Below are positions 49,539 through 62,532 of a DNA stretch of 64,000 nt, in pieces. Source of the DNA: Azolla caroliniana. Taxonomy: Eukaryota > Plantae > Polypodiophyta. The notes under the pieces were generated by a model that worked only from the letters and a program-made list of their open reading frames with translations, was not told where the DNA came from and ran no database searches. The translations under genes and the position numbers were made by a program. The stretch is taken from assembly GCA_043228905.1 (NCBI GenBank), contig JBHGNT010000003.1, positions 16,802,001-16,866,000 on the forward strand. The letters run 5' to 3'. Each line of letters begins with the position of its first letter. The stretch's first letter is position 1.

Positions 49539-51318
49539 TTATGGCGAATCACTACTATCACTAATATACAATGAGGATTCTTCCTCGTCATCCTTAGATG
49601 TACCAATCAATGCATTATCTTCATCATAAACCAAATGGTGTGACTCTAGATTATATGCAATAGATCTCATTTGCCTTCGACTCGAGCCACCATGTAGACC
49701 TGGTAATTTTTCTTTTATTATATCTATTGTTGACTTCCTTAAATGTCCAACTTTTGTAAGTGTGAAGTCGTACACGATGATATACACATCAGAGATATCA
49801 AGGGTCGAGGTGTTACGAAGGTTTCCCTTCCTCTTCCTACCTCCCCTTGTCATTGGGCATTCAATCATCTCCAATGTATACTTACCCGTAAAAGCATTTT
49901 CACTTCTAGTGTTGTACCAATGCACTTTGATAGACTTGATCGTGTTTTCTATTTCATGCATTAGCACTTCTAAAAGTTTACCAATCCAAAATTGGTGGCC
50001 ATGTGAGTTCTCATTAGCAGGTGTTGCAATCAACATCCCCGCCGCGAGCTCTTGCAAATTGCCTTGCTATCTAGCTTCGATTTGCTTTGGTCATCCTTGG
50101 TCCCACATAAATGTCTCTTTGTTGTGGATGGACCAAATTGTCATTAATCACATTTGATTGTTGCTCCAGAGTTTTATTTACACGATCATGTTGTAACGAC
50201 CATATGAATGGCGTTTCTAAGGTCCAATTATCACCAGATACACAGTTGTCAATAATTCCTTTTTTATCACTAAAAAATAGATCCTACCATGACGTGTCTT
50301 GTTGTGCGGCATATTTCTTTGCAGCCTAAATATGCTTTCTTTTTTCTGTTAAGGTTTGGAGTCATAAGTGTTTTTGTTCGGATACCAAGTCACAATGCAA
50401 CTGTCATTTCTTCTCAATTGGCATTTGTTTAGCTCCATGGACTATTGTGCTCGGCATACAAAGTAAGAACTGGCAACCGCCTTCAAGTTCCCATTTTGTA
50501 GAAGATGAATATTGTTTGGCATACAAAAGCATAGAACCACTTATTTCATTTTTCTTTATCATAAAAATGTGATTGAAGCTTATATTGTTTAACTAGGCGA
50601 GCACTTTAACATTCCCAACACCCCCATTTGATATATATCTCTTAAAGTCATATACCTCCTTCAAGTGTAATACTTTTGGGTGTGGTGTATATGCATCACA
50701 AATGACATCAAATAGTTTTGGTAATGTGAAAGCATCATGCTGAGACAACAGTTTGGAGAATTGTGCTAAACATCTGATCTATATGATCATGTGCGTGGCT
50801 AACCAAAAGAAAATTGACTTTCACTTTTCTAAACAATCCGTGGTTGACCAACATACTTAGATAGCCAAACATAGTTGAATTTTTGTTCTCTCTAGCAATA
50901 TTGTCCAATTGAATGTATAGAATAGGGGGGAACGGTTGGCCCCAAGACATCAAAACTTAGTGAATCACTGTAACTATTAGGTTAGGGTCATTGTGAACAT
51001 TGGGGTATGTAATGATTGACCTATTATAAGAAAAGCATCACAACAAGTGCATTTGAACAAGGCACTCATCATTGATGTCATTGGGGAGCCTCCGCATATA
51101 CGGCAAGCACGTCTTCTTCTGGTCCATGCCATCTATCATTAAGCACATGTATTGTTCGGGCCTCTTCAAACACTTCTCTCTATGATGCATTGCCTTCTTT
51201 CGTTCTAACAATTGTGCCTCACGATGCTCCTGTAGTAACTTCTTAGTCATATCCTTTTCCATTGATGTCTTCACACCTTAAGCCAAACTTTTAAGATTTG
51301 CACAAATTGAGCAATACC
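49539..51318 (-). pseudogene. Sola-like DDE transposase: catalytic core and C-terminal domain
   Basis: YCSICANLK, MCLMIDGMDQKK, LYIQLDNIARENKN and NFLLVSHAHDHIDQMFS motifs in order; frameshifts and stops. Confidence 0.8.
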
Positions 51319-54300
51319 TCATGCGTACTTTACGCGGAATAATAACATTTGAAAACCATGCTCTCCACAATCTTGTGAATTGGTTGTATTAGAGATCTAG
51401 GTACTAAAGTAAGCTTAAGATAAGGGTTTAGGGTTGATAGATAGAAAGGAGAAAGAGAAAGAAGGGTGTCGATCCACCCGACCACCCCCGAGCGAAGGGA
51501 TTGAGACGGACTCGAGCCTCGATCGGCGTCCCATACCACCGCCGTGGCGTCGAGTCATACCTAGTGCTGGCGCGCTCGCTACAAGAGTTGACCCACCACA
51601 AGAGTAGAGTCTCGATGTAGTCAAAAGATGATCAAATGAGGGTAGCTAGGCCTCTTATTTATAGCGATACCCAAGGCCCCCAGGCAAGTTCACACTTGGC
51701 CTAATGGGTTGTCTCAATCCCGAGGATTTAAAAGTAATCCTCCCCTTCTTTACACTCTCGTTTAACCCTCACACTTATCCACGTGTATAGAATACTACGG
51801 TAAATTCTCACCACGGGATATTAAATGGTCATGCCCATAACATACTCCCCCTCTTTAAAACATTGCACTCTTGCAATGGAAAATTAGGGAAGTTAGTTCT
51901 GAGAGTATTTTCGCGTTCCCATGTGGCATCTTTTATTGATTTATCCATCCATTTTATTTTAAATTCTCGGATTTCTTTAGTACGTAATTTTTTTGTTTTA
52001 ACATCGAGAATTCTTTCTGGTACATGTGGTTTAGAAGATAATTCTTCAGAAGTAACCAGAGTTTCAGTTGTAACTGTATTGTCGCCAGAACCCAGAAGTT
52101 CTTTTAGACGACTCACATGAAAGACTGGATGAATTCCGACACCATCGGGAAGAGCGAGACGATAGGCTGATGACCCAATGCGTTTAAGGACTATAAAAGG
52201 TCCACAAAACCGTGGGGCTAACTTAGCGCACTTACCCGTAGACAATGTCTTAGAATTGTGAGGTACACGTAAAAATACCTTCTGTCCAGGGTTGAATACA
52301 CGAGGTTGCCTATGATGATCGGCATAAAAACACGCTCTATCTTGAGTTGTTTTTATATTATCTCGTGCAATATGCAACATATCTTGCATATCCCGAAGAA
52401 AGTTTTGCGTACTTCGCAACTCATCATGATGTATATTAACATCAATCGGGGCTCGTGGCTGAAAACCATACATCAACATAAAAGGACTATATCCCGTCGA
52501 CGTATGCTTGGAGCTGTTATAAGCAAACTCCAAAATTGGGAGATAACGTTCCCATTTTGTTGGTTTTGCACCAACGTAGGCTCGAAGCATGTCCTCAATA
52601 ATTTGATTTACTCGTACTGTCTATCCATCGGATTGAGGATGATCCGTGGAGCTCATGCTCAATGTAGTTTCTAACTTAAAGACTTGCATCCAGAAGTCAC
52701 TAGTAAACTTTGGATCTCGATCACTCACGATATCCATTGGTAACCCATAAAAACAAAACAATTCGTCAACGAATTGGTAAGCCAATTCAAGAGTTGTTAC
52801 CATGGTTTTAGTAGCAATAAATCTGGCCATTTTAGTTAGTCGATCAACCACAACCCAGATGGCATCATGACCTTTTTGGGTGCAAGGAAGGCTAACAATA
52901 AAATCCATGGATATACTTTCCCACTTATTATTGGGAATGTCCAAGGGATGTAAAAGTCCTGCGGCTTTAAGTCGCTCGGCTTTGTTAACCTGACACTGGT
53001 GACATTTAGTCACATAGCTATGTATGTCAGGACGCATCTTAGGACAATAAAATTGAGTGGAGATGAGAACGAGTGTACGATGTATTCCAGGGTGCCCTGC
53101 TGAGGGTACATCATGGCATTAAAAAAGAATCCTCTTTTTGACCTTGGGTAAATCTGGAACACAAACCTTCCCATTACGGTAGAGCAAACCGTTAGCAATG
53201 TGGAAGTATTCCTTCGAGGATGTGATGGTGTTTGTTCCAGACTCAACTCTTGCCCAGTATTTTGCAAAATAACTATCATCGGGATACTTTCCTCGAAGGT
53301 GATCATAAAGATATGATGTTATTTCAGTGAATCTAAGCATGTTAACTTCACGGATGCGACTTAGTGCATCAGCGATAGTGTTCATGGAACCTTTACGATA
53401 TCGTATGGAGAAATCAAAGTCCTGGATGAGATCAGCCCATCGTGCCTTACGACCTTTCAGGTCTTGTTGGTCACAAAAATATTTCAAGGACTCGTGGTCC
53501 GTAGTTACCACAAAGCGATTTCCATAAAGATAATGGCGCCATGTTTTGAGCGCATGTATAACTGCAAATAATTCCTTTTCTTGAACGGTATACCGACATT
53601 GAGTAGAATCAAGTTTCTTACTCTCGAATGCTATTGGTTTACCATCTTGATACAAGACAACACCTATAGCATAATCACTTGCATCGGTTTCAACCTCAAA
53701 AGGTTTTGAAGGATCAGGTAAAAGAAGTGAAGGAGCCTTGCAAACCAAGTCCTTGAGTTCCTTAAAGGCGAGGTCTAGTGTAGCATTCCACACAATAGGT
53801 TTTGTAGACTTACGCGTTTGACCTTTTAAAAGATTAGTAAACGGCGTCGTCAATTGGGAGTAATTACGAAGAGACTTTCGCAAAAACCCGACAAAACCAA
53901 TGAATGATCGAACTTCTCGAATATTCCGAAGAGTGGGCCAAAGCTTGATTTTCTCAATGCGAGAAGGATCAATTTCAACTCCTCGTTCGGTTATGAGATG
54001 TCCAAGATAAGTAATTGATTTCTTGAAGAACTCACATTTTGAGATCTTCGCATAAAACTGTTTGTCATGCAATGTTTGTAAAACAAAGCGGACATGTGTA
54101 GCATGTTCTTTTAATGTACGGCTATAAACTAAAATATCATCCAAGAAAATAACGACAAAATTTCCAAGTTGTTCTCGGAAAATGTCATTCATTTCTTGTT
54201 GAAAAGTAGCCGGAGCATTGGTCAAACCAAAAGGCATAACCAAAAACTCGTAATGGCCATAGCGCGTACGAAATGCCGTTTTAGGAACATCGTCCTCACT

Positions 54301-57300
54301 TATTCATATTTGATGGTAGCTAGTACGGAGATCAAGTTTCGTAAAATACCGAGCTCCCTGGAGACGGTCAATTAGATCGTCAGCCCGGGGCAATGGGTAC
54401 GAATTCTTGATCGTCACTTTATTCAAGCGTCGGTAATTAATACACATACGCCATGTGCCCTCTTTCTTTTTAACCAAGAGAACTGGTGCACCCCATGGAG
54501 ATTTACTATAATGTATATAACCCATTCGTAAATAGTCCTTGAGTTGCTTAGATACCTCATCTTCTTCGGATCGACTTAAGCGATACGGAGGTATACTTAT
54601 TGGTGCAACACCAGATACAATATCTATACGATGGTCTATATTACATTTAGGAGGTAACCCATCAGGTAGTTCACTTGGAAAAACATCATGAAAATCATTT
54701 AAGATTTCATCAAGTTGTTGTTCAAAATATGTTAATTGAACCGGGACATTATCAATATTGTAAACGTGAATGTCCGGATCAAGTACACAATATAATAGAG
54801 TAGAACAAGACAACTCAGATATTGATGGACACGAGGAAACAATCGAGAGGGATTGTTTTTTTACACATTGAATAAAATGCGTACAATCATTCAGTACAAA
54901 AGAAATGGAATGGCGAACCCAATCAATAAATAAAGAAGAGTTTTTATTATAAAACCAGGGATAACCCAATATTACATCGGTGGTATAAAAATTCATTACA
55001 TGGAAGTCTACTTCCTCTATATAAGTATCAATAGAAATTCCTAATGAATGAATCGCCCTGTTGATGTATTGTACTCTTCCATCAGCCAAGTGCACCGTGT
55101 AGGTGTGATCACCTACGGTGGGTTGGATTCCCCATATCTGAACCAAACGATCATTCACAAAATTGTGTGAGCTTCCCGAATCAAATAAAAATTGTACGGG
55201 AGATCCATTGATATACCCGTTTGCACGTAGTAAATCATTGGGACCCAATACATAGTGAGGGAAAGAACATTGACAATTACTTAAATGATGTGTATAGACC
55301 TGAAGGACATTAGGAATCTGACCTTTATGGTCTGCAGCTTTAGCTTTGTTGTCGTGCTCTTTCCGTTGGAGCTTTCGACATTGATCTTTTGTATGACCCT
55401 TCTTTTTGCAGAATACGCAAAAAGGATGTTGTCGCTTACAATCGCGATCCAGGAATTCGTTGGGTGTCTTGCGTTTCCCAACAAATTGCGACTACTTAGT
55501 CCCGGGCGCTTCGTTGGGTTTATTGTGGTCCTTCTTCGAAGTGCATTGATAGCGAAGAACTATTTCAACAGCCTCTTCGAAGGATTTTGGATCCTTATCG
55601 TGCACAATCCAGTGATAGTCCGAATTGGGGTTGCCATTGACAAAACAAGCTATCAACCAATTGTCCCCTTCTAGATCCGATTTTTGGATTTGGGTTCTAG
55701 CATGGTGAACATAGTCTTCTAGAAAGGAAAATTTCCTGCTAGAGAGGTTCATTAAAGCTTGTGCTGCCTCGGTTCGAGAGGGAGGTTGTAGAAATTGGCC
55801 CTTAAAAACCGTGACAAAATCTGTCTAGGTATCAGGCAATTTCCCCGTTGTACGGAGCCCACACCACCAAGCGGTGGCCTTACCCCCTAGTTCTCGGCCG
55901 ACATATGCAATCTTCGTACTATCTGGCATGGGATAGAGCTCAAAATGAGACTCCCATCGGCCCAGCCACGTGCAGATTGCTTCTTCGGTTCTTTCCTTTT
56001 TGTCTCCCGTAAATGGCTTAACGACAAACGATGGTTCACCCTGTCGCTCATCAGGTCTATTAGTCTCACGTTGTAGACTAATGACACGTGCCTCGAGAGC
56101 ACTTTGAGATTGCCGAAGTTCGGTCATATGTTGAGCGGTGAAACTAAGGTATTGGGTTATTTGTGCCAAATACATCTCAATGGACATTTGTCCAGGAGGA
56201 TTCCCTTGAGTTCCTTCCGCTTGAGCGGATGACATCGGGTCGTTAATTTGAGCCATTAAAGATTATTTCTAGAAAAGAAATAGGATAAGGTCAGAGAGAT
56301 AGTCATAACATCATATCGTGATGTAAACATATCATGGGCAAACATTAATCGATATCATGATCTCACGTCAATACCCCTCTAGACGTATGAGATGAGGTTC
56401 AAGATCAGGTTACTATGGTAACACAAAGGTGTTTTAAAAACCATGGGGGTGACAAATAAATGTCTTTCCCTGATCTCTATATCGATTTTTTCATGGTGGC
56501 TCCCCGAGGCTCAACCATGTATGTTCGCGTCATGAATAGTTTATACACGAAAAAAATGTTAACAATAAACTATGTTTCGGTGCCCACATATGTGGTTTCG
56601 GCTCTTTAAGTCCTATTACGAGAACCCCGAGGTGCACTTAGACCTTAAGTCTAAACATGTGTTATAGTCATATGTATCAAGGATGTTGTATGGTCTTGGT
56701 CATATTTGAACTCGAGACCTCGAGAACAAATACATTAAACACTTGAGCTACCCAAGTAAGTTGCTCTTCTTGAATGCTTAATATTTGATGTGTATAAAAG
56801 ATATGCGAGGCATTTGATCATATATGTTTTTTTTAGAAGAACATATATGTCAAGGGTCCTAATTTCGCCCTCATTTACCAAAACTATGTTGGTTACCTAA
56901 CCTCAAGTCTCGTAATTACGATGGCATACGCCAAAGTGCAACCTAATGGTCAAGCCAAATGAGCCCTCGTTTCGTAGTAGGCCCACGTGGCCCATCACAT
57001 GGTCACGTCATTACGAATGCCTCTCATAAGAACGAGCTCATGGTGGCATCGTATCCATGTAACGAAGGAGGGATGTTGGATACGTGTGTCATTGGAGCGA
57101 CCTCACTTAAAGTGGGTCAAGCCCTACGTACTCAACATCATTATGGCTATAGGCGTTTCTTTACGTAACGAAATCGAGGTCATCAATGGGGTTGTCAACA
57201 ATAAAAAATTGTTGAAAAAGGGATGGTGACAACGCCTTTCTCACAAAAATGTGAGGACGGCCACCACATCCTTTTCCCGACAAGGACAACTTTCGATATA

Positions 57301-57700
57301 ATCACGTAATAATGAATATACACATATGTTTACTTATCACATATATACGATCAAATACATATATACGTGACCACATATGCCTATATTAAACATATCGTTA
57401 TATTAAATAGCCACAAATGGTGTGATCGAGATACGTAATCGAGGTATATACCTCTACGCACACGAAACATTCACTAATAAGAGATCATCGTAATACGCAA
57501 TTGAGGTATTGACCTCTTACGCATTAGAGACCAAACGCATATCGTTTACAACAAATCAAGGTATTAAACTCATACGTAAACGTAACATATTGTTCGTGAA
57601 CGTAATACATAATTGAGGTATTAACCTCGTACGCATACGACACTCATCACATATTATTTATATGTCAAACGAGGTATTGACCTCGTGCACATATGTAAAC
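51310..57700 (-). mobile_element. Ty3 chromovirus (element E) inside the transposase; 3' LTR ~51310-51842, no 5' LTR found
   Basis: gag 55492-56256, LFDSGSS protease, [16 protein letters not shown] RNaseH, integrase, chromodomain PERILDVK...IKW...ATWE; PPT AAGAGGGGGAG; both outer boundaries are approximate. Confidence 0.88.
57430..57700. repeat. Five ~55-62-bp units with palindromic core GAGGT-ATTR-ACCTC
   Basis: Cores near 57441, 57503, 57558, 57615 and 57671. Confidence 0.8.
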
Positions 57701-57764
57701 GTTTTAGATAAACAATTAAAGACCACTACAACATCATTGACTTGATGAAAAAATGACATATAAA

Positions 57765-58213
57765 CTAAACACATGTTTTGTTGACATCAAATCCAAGTTG
57801 CTTATCTGATGTCACCAAGTTAAATCTAGCCAAACGAATTCTACGTGGGATTTTTCTAATATGCATAGGGCTTCCCGATTTCTCTTCTTGCCTAGAAATT
57901 GGGGTAACCACGTTACAATCAATTTCTTTGTTGTTAGGTTGCTTGCCCATGATCTTCGATGTTTCATTGGCATTACCTTCATTGTCCGTATCTTTATTAA
58001 TATCGTATTCTTCAATAGAGAACTCTTCACATGAGTTTTAGGAGAAGATGAGCTCAGACAATATTCTTCGATGGAAAACAGTGAGTCTATCAACATACAA
58101 TATTCTTCAATAGAAAACGGTGAGTTTGTTGACAGACAATACTCTTCGGTAGAAAATGATGAGTCTGATGACAAGTAATATTCTTCAATCGAAAATGGTG
58201 AGTCTTCACTCAT
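57765..58213 (-). pseudogene. Probable N-terminal part of the Sola-like transposase, with 13-aa repeats (DSPFSIEEYCLSS)
   Basis: ATG at 58213; 39-bp repeats; same strand as the core, on the far side of the Ty3 insertion; assignment is positional only. Confidence 0.5.
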
Positions 58214-58661
58214 GGCTTAAGGTCAACATAGAGCTCTCCAAGTTATGTGCTTAGGCTAATATAAGAGATTGAAACAAATGATAAGCCCCTCTATAAACAA
58301 AAGCTCCCTCAATAAAGAAAAATATTATTATTTATATAATAATTTTATTAATTATATTAATAACTATATAGTAAATATAATGTCCATAAATTATATTTTA
58401 TACCTTATTAATCCTATAGTCTATAATTAAAATTAAATTTACTTTATACATATAGTATAATATTACCAAATATATTGAGACATAAATATGCAAGTATAAT
58501 CCGAATCATTTGTGCAATAATGAAGTAACAATCATTTAAAATTGTTATTCCCCACATGTAAATCAACTTGGTACTCCCATAATGTGTATTAAATAAAAAA
58601 CATTAACTATATAGTATATATACATTCAATGTTTATATACATATAGTATATATTTACAATC

Positions 58662-59000
58662 ATTAGAGAGTCATATAAAGGTTGGTTTAAATTTTAAATC
58701 ATTGGTTCATTCATGGCCATCATATTTAATAAGAAACATTAGAGAGTCACAAATATGTTGGTTTGAGTATGCAATCATTGGTTTATTCATGATCTTCATA
58801 TTTAACAATGAATATTAGAGAGTCATAAATATGTTGGTTTGAGCATGCAATCATTGGTTTATTCATGATCTTCATATTTAACAATGAATATTAGAGAGTC
58901 ATAAATATGTTGGTTAGACTATTCAATCATTGTTTTATTCATGACCATCACATTCAATCAAAAACATAAAAGAATCATAAATATGTTGGTTTGAGTATTT
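58662..59000. repeat. 76-bp tandem repeat, ~4.5 copies, between the divergent genes
   Basis: ATTAGAGAGTCA starts at 58662, 58738, 58814 and 58890. Confidence 0.9.
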
Positions 59001-59112
59001 AACAAAGTGTACTAAAGTCTAACAAACTATCTTTTACATCTAACTAACTAACTTGTAGGTAACCAACTATGGTTGGACTAACCACAATTACTTTAACCAC
59101 AATGGTCAAGCC

Positions 59113-59123
59113 CTATAAATAGG
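59113..59123 (+). promoter_or_regulatory. Candidate TATA box of the ParB-methyltransferase gene
   Basis: CTATAAATAGG ~150 bp upstream of ATG 59264, whose short exon ends in AG|GTAAGC. Confidence 0.55.
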
Positions 59124-59263
59124 AAGACCTCCTCATTTGTAGATCTCACACGCGCAATCAAGAGCACACGAAGCACTCAGAGCACACGGAGCCTAGAGCA
59201 TGCAAAGCGACACCAACGCAACAACAATTGTTGATCTCACTGTCAGCACCTAGCCCGAAAATC

Positions 59264-62200
59264 ATGTCTTCGAAGAAGCTTGAGCACACGGAATCTAGGT
59301 AAGCAACATCATTGTACGAACACTCTCATATTTATTATTTTTTCAGCCATCTATATACACATCATAACTCTGATTCAAACAGGAACTCGATACGCCGTAT
59401 TGAGTTCTTGTTTAAAGGCCTCTATTATCAGCATGACCTCGATACGATGTATCGAGTTCCTGATCCGAGGGAGTCTTTTAAACAGGAACTCGATACAGTG
59501 TATCGGGTTCCTATTGCAAACACCCACTTTACTCTAGAACTCGATACGACGTATCGAGTTCCTGTTTAAAGTGAGTCTTTTAAACAAGAATTCAATACGC
59601 CGTATCGAGTTTCTGTTTACAGTAGGGTTTTAGAAAGGAACTCGATGCGGGACATCGAGTTCTTATTAAAAAACCCCTGCTTTAAACAGAATAGCGTGTT
59701 TTTGAAAAATTATTGGCAAATGTGTGTCCAGACACCAATATAGATGGCAAATTAAGACCTTTTTTTAAAAAATTACTTGATTTTGTAACATTTAGCACCA
59801 TTGTTGAAATAGGGAATTTGACCTAAAGTTGATTAAAACACTAGAAAATATCAAACAAATTAGGGTTATGATATCAATGTGACCTTACCTACGCTCCAAT
59901 ATGAAACATGTCCTAGGAAAATCCTTAAGAATTAGGGTTATGATATCAATATGACCTTTACCTATGCCCCGATATGAAATATGTCCTAGCAAAACTCTTA
60001 AGAATTATAATTTTCCAAGTTAAATAGGTTGTACCAAATTTACATCTGCAATAAAGGTCTATTATTTTTACCTCTAACATTAATTGAAATAAAGGGACTG
60101 ACACAAGTTGCTTGCCAGTGTTAGTCTTAGTCTACCTATGGTAATTTTGTTAGGTGGCCTATATCTGAGGACCCAACTAACATATATTATCCCACGTCCT
60201 GTCTTAAATAGGTCGTTAGAGAACTTATCGGACTGGCCTGTTAAGAAAATCAAGCTCCGATATCAGGGCTCTCCGGTAGAGACCCAAAAACAAGTAGTTA
60301 CCTAGAACATGAAGAGAGGTAAGAAGCTTCTCTTCAACGCGGAGACTAAATCTCAACCATTTGATGAAGTTAGCCCAAAAAAGATGAGCAGCTCCTAGTG
60401 GTGAGGACCTTCCTAACCGTGACCTAACGGACAATGAATGGTGTATGCAGTACGTTGATTCGAAGAAGAAAGTCCTGTTGTATACTGCAAAGAAGAAGGG
60501 CGACGATCACCTTGAAAAAGACACTCCCTTTATGTATGGCCGTATTTTACGATTTGACTATGAAGATTCTGATTCCCTCAACATTCTTGTCATGATAGAC
60601 TGCTTTAAGGGAGTACGTAAATTGTACCTCTTTGAAGATCGGCTTGTCAAGAAGTGTTGTGGGTCTGAGTCTTTTAAACTCGATATAGAGAGTTCACAAA
60701 ATCTGATTGTAACCTTGAGACCATATATACAAGGCCACATAACTCTAAGGGATGCCTCGCCATCCCCAGTAAAGGCCCCAAAAAGGGCCTCAAAGGTGCA
60801 ATCGAGACCGGCAAAAAAGAAGATGACAAAAATGTCAGACTCTAAATCATCAAGCTCAACTGATGAGGAGGAAACTAGGGCAATGCCAAGTGCTGAGCTA
60901 GCATCCAGTGTCTTGTCATCTGAGCATAATAAGATTCGCAGAGAGTTAATGCAGCGGAAACTGGTGAGAAAAGGGTAAGTCTTCAATTTGCCTATAACAC
61001 ACATTCATAGACCACCAGTAGATGTGAAAACAGGACGAAGACCACTTGAGATCAGAGAACCTCAACAAATGCATGTTCAAAATCTCAAGAAAAAAATGAA
61101 AATAAATCCACATGCTACAATTGTGCCTTTTATTGTATAACTTGGGAACAAGTGACCGAGGATTACCCTCTAACGTCTTCATATAATGCATTATCCGAGT
61201 ATTTTATTGCATTCAAGGATTGGGTTAGTATTGGTCTTTTTAATAAAGTTTTCTTTCTATGTAGAGGTTGTGTAATAATACTCAATGTCTTATTGCCTCA
61301 ATTAGAAACTGTCTCGTGGCAAGAAACCAGGAGAAGTCAAGGATATACACGATTTCCCAACATCCTTCCTTGCACATCTTGAGAGAGCTAGAAAAGAAAA
61401 GGATCGTCGGTTAGTCAAGGCATACGAAATTGAAGAAGATGGCTCTTTCAAAAAAAATTGCCACAAGAAAGACATTACCAAATATCTTTACTACAATGTG
61501 ATTTGTGGCGATGTCCTTGACATGATCCAGAAAGTGCCAAAGAAAGAATATACGCTAATGATTGTAGATATTCCATACAGATTTCGAATGGCAAGGTCAT
61601 CATACGACGATGAACCTTTTAGGTTCAAACAATTAGAGAAAATGGTGAAGGATTTTGCCAAGCTGACGACTGCATCCTTGTGGAGGATAGTTCTGTTTCA
61701 TAGTATGGACCAAGGGTACTCGGTAGCTCAAGCTTTGAGATCTCGCTGTCATGGCATCGAGAACCTTGCTTGGTAAGGATTATTTATAAGTCTCATTCAC
61801 TATACTTCCTTTCTTAATTTATTGAATCTATTTTTAACTCGATATAATATTTGTTATAGGATAAAAACCAGCGTCAATAGAGGGCCAACCTTTCGGTTCG
61901 TAAATGCCATTGAGTACATTACGGTTGGCTACTTCGATGAAATAAAGAAACAAAGAATCACGGAGCATTCTAATGAAGTCGGAGGTTCAAATCTGTTGGT
62001 ATATCCAGCAGTGACACGGAAATTGCGACATGTCACCACGACAGAACGGGGACTTGTCAACCCATACCAAAAACCTCAACGACTTATGATGCGCCTAATC
62101 AAAATGTTCTCTATAGAAGGAGATTGGATGTTAGACTTGTTTTCTGGCACAAGTATTCCTCGAACTAGGTTTATGTTGTTGAGATAATCAATACTGATTC

Positions 62201-62500
62201 TTTTTTGTTTGAAAATTAATTCTTCTTGTCACTTTCTTCACAGGGACAACGTCTACATGTGTATTGAAGCTCTTCTGAAACATTGTTGAATTGGAGAATG
62301 ACGAGGAGCGGGTTATATTTATAAATATGAGGATTAAGGCCTTGTGGGAATGCCCAGACCAGGACAAGGAGGTCGGTGCAAAGCACATTGCTGATACCGA
62401 AAGGTTTCAACCTACTTCACGAGAGCCTATTCCTCCGTTAGCCGGGGAAGCTAATTGAGCTTGATGATGAGCTTATAGAAGATCTTATGGTGGCTTGGCT
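59264..62500 (+). pseudogene. Spliced ParB-like plus beta-class amino (N4-cytosine/N6-adenine) DNA methyltransferase gene, decayed
   Basis: ParB-like FNLPITHIHRPP...IREPQQMHVQNLKKKMKINPHATIVPFIV (60982-61137); ICGDVLDMI...IVDIPY (motif IV, 61567-61578); NPYQKPQRLMMRLIKMFSIEGDWMLDLFSGT (motifs X and I, to 62151); TTSTCVLKL..NIVELEND after an intron; GT-AG introns at about 59299-60153, 61773-61859 and 62153-62242. Confidence 0.82.
59377..59665. repeat. Array of six palindromes, AAACAGGAACTCGATAC-NNN-GTATCGAGTTCCTGTTT, ~50-bp period
   Basis: Units near 59377, 59430, 59480, 59535, 59582 and 59635, with variable spacers. Confidence 0.88.
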
Positions 62501-62532
62501 AACAAGGGAAGACAATGCACTTATAGCCGAAG

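Noticed and set aside
59377-59665. CRISPR-like appearance of the spaced palindromes
   Set aside because: The repeats are degenerate, the spacers are short and AT-rich, no cas genes are present, and the context is a eukaryotic intron.
61498-62187. Bacterial contamination as the source of the methyltransferase
   Set aside because: The motifs are split by GT-AG introns and the gene is flanked or interrupted by plant LTR elements in continuous sequence.
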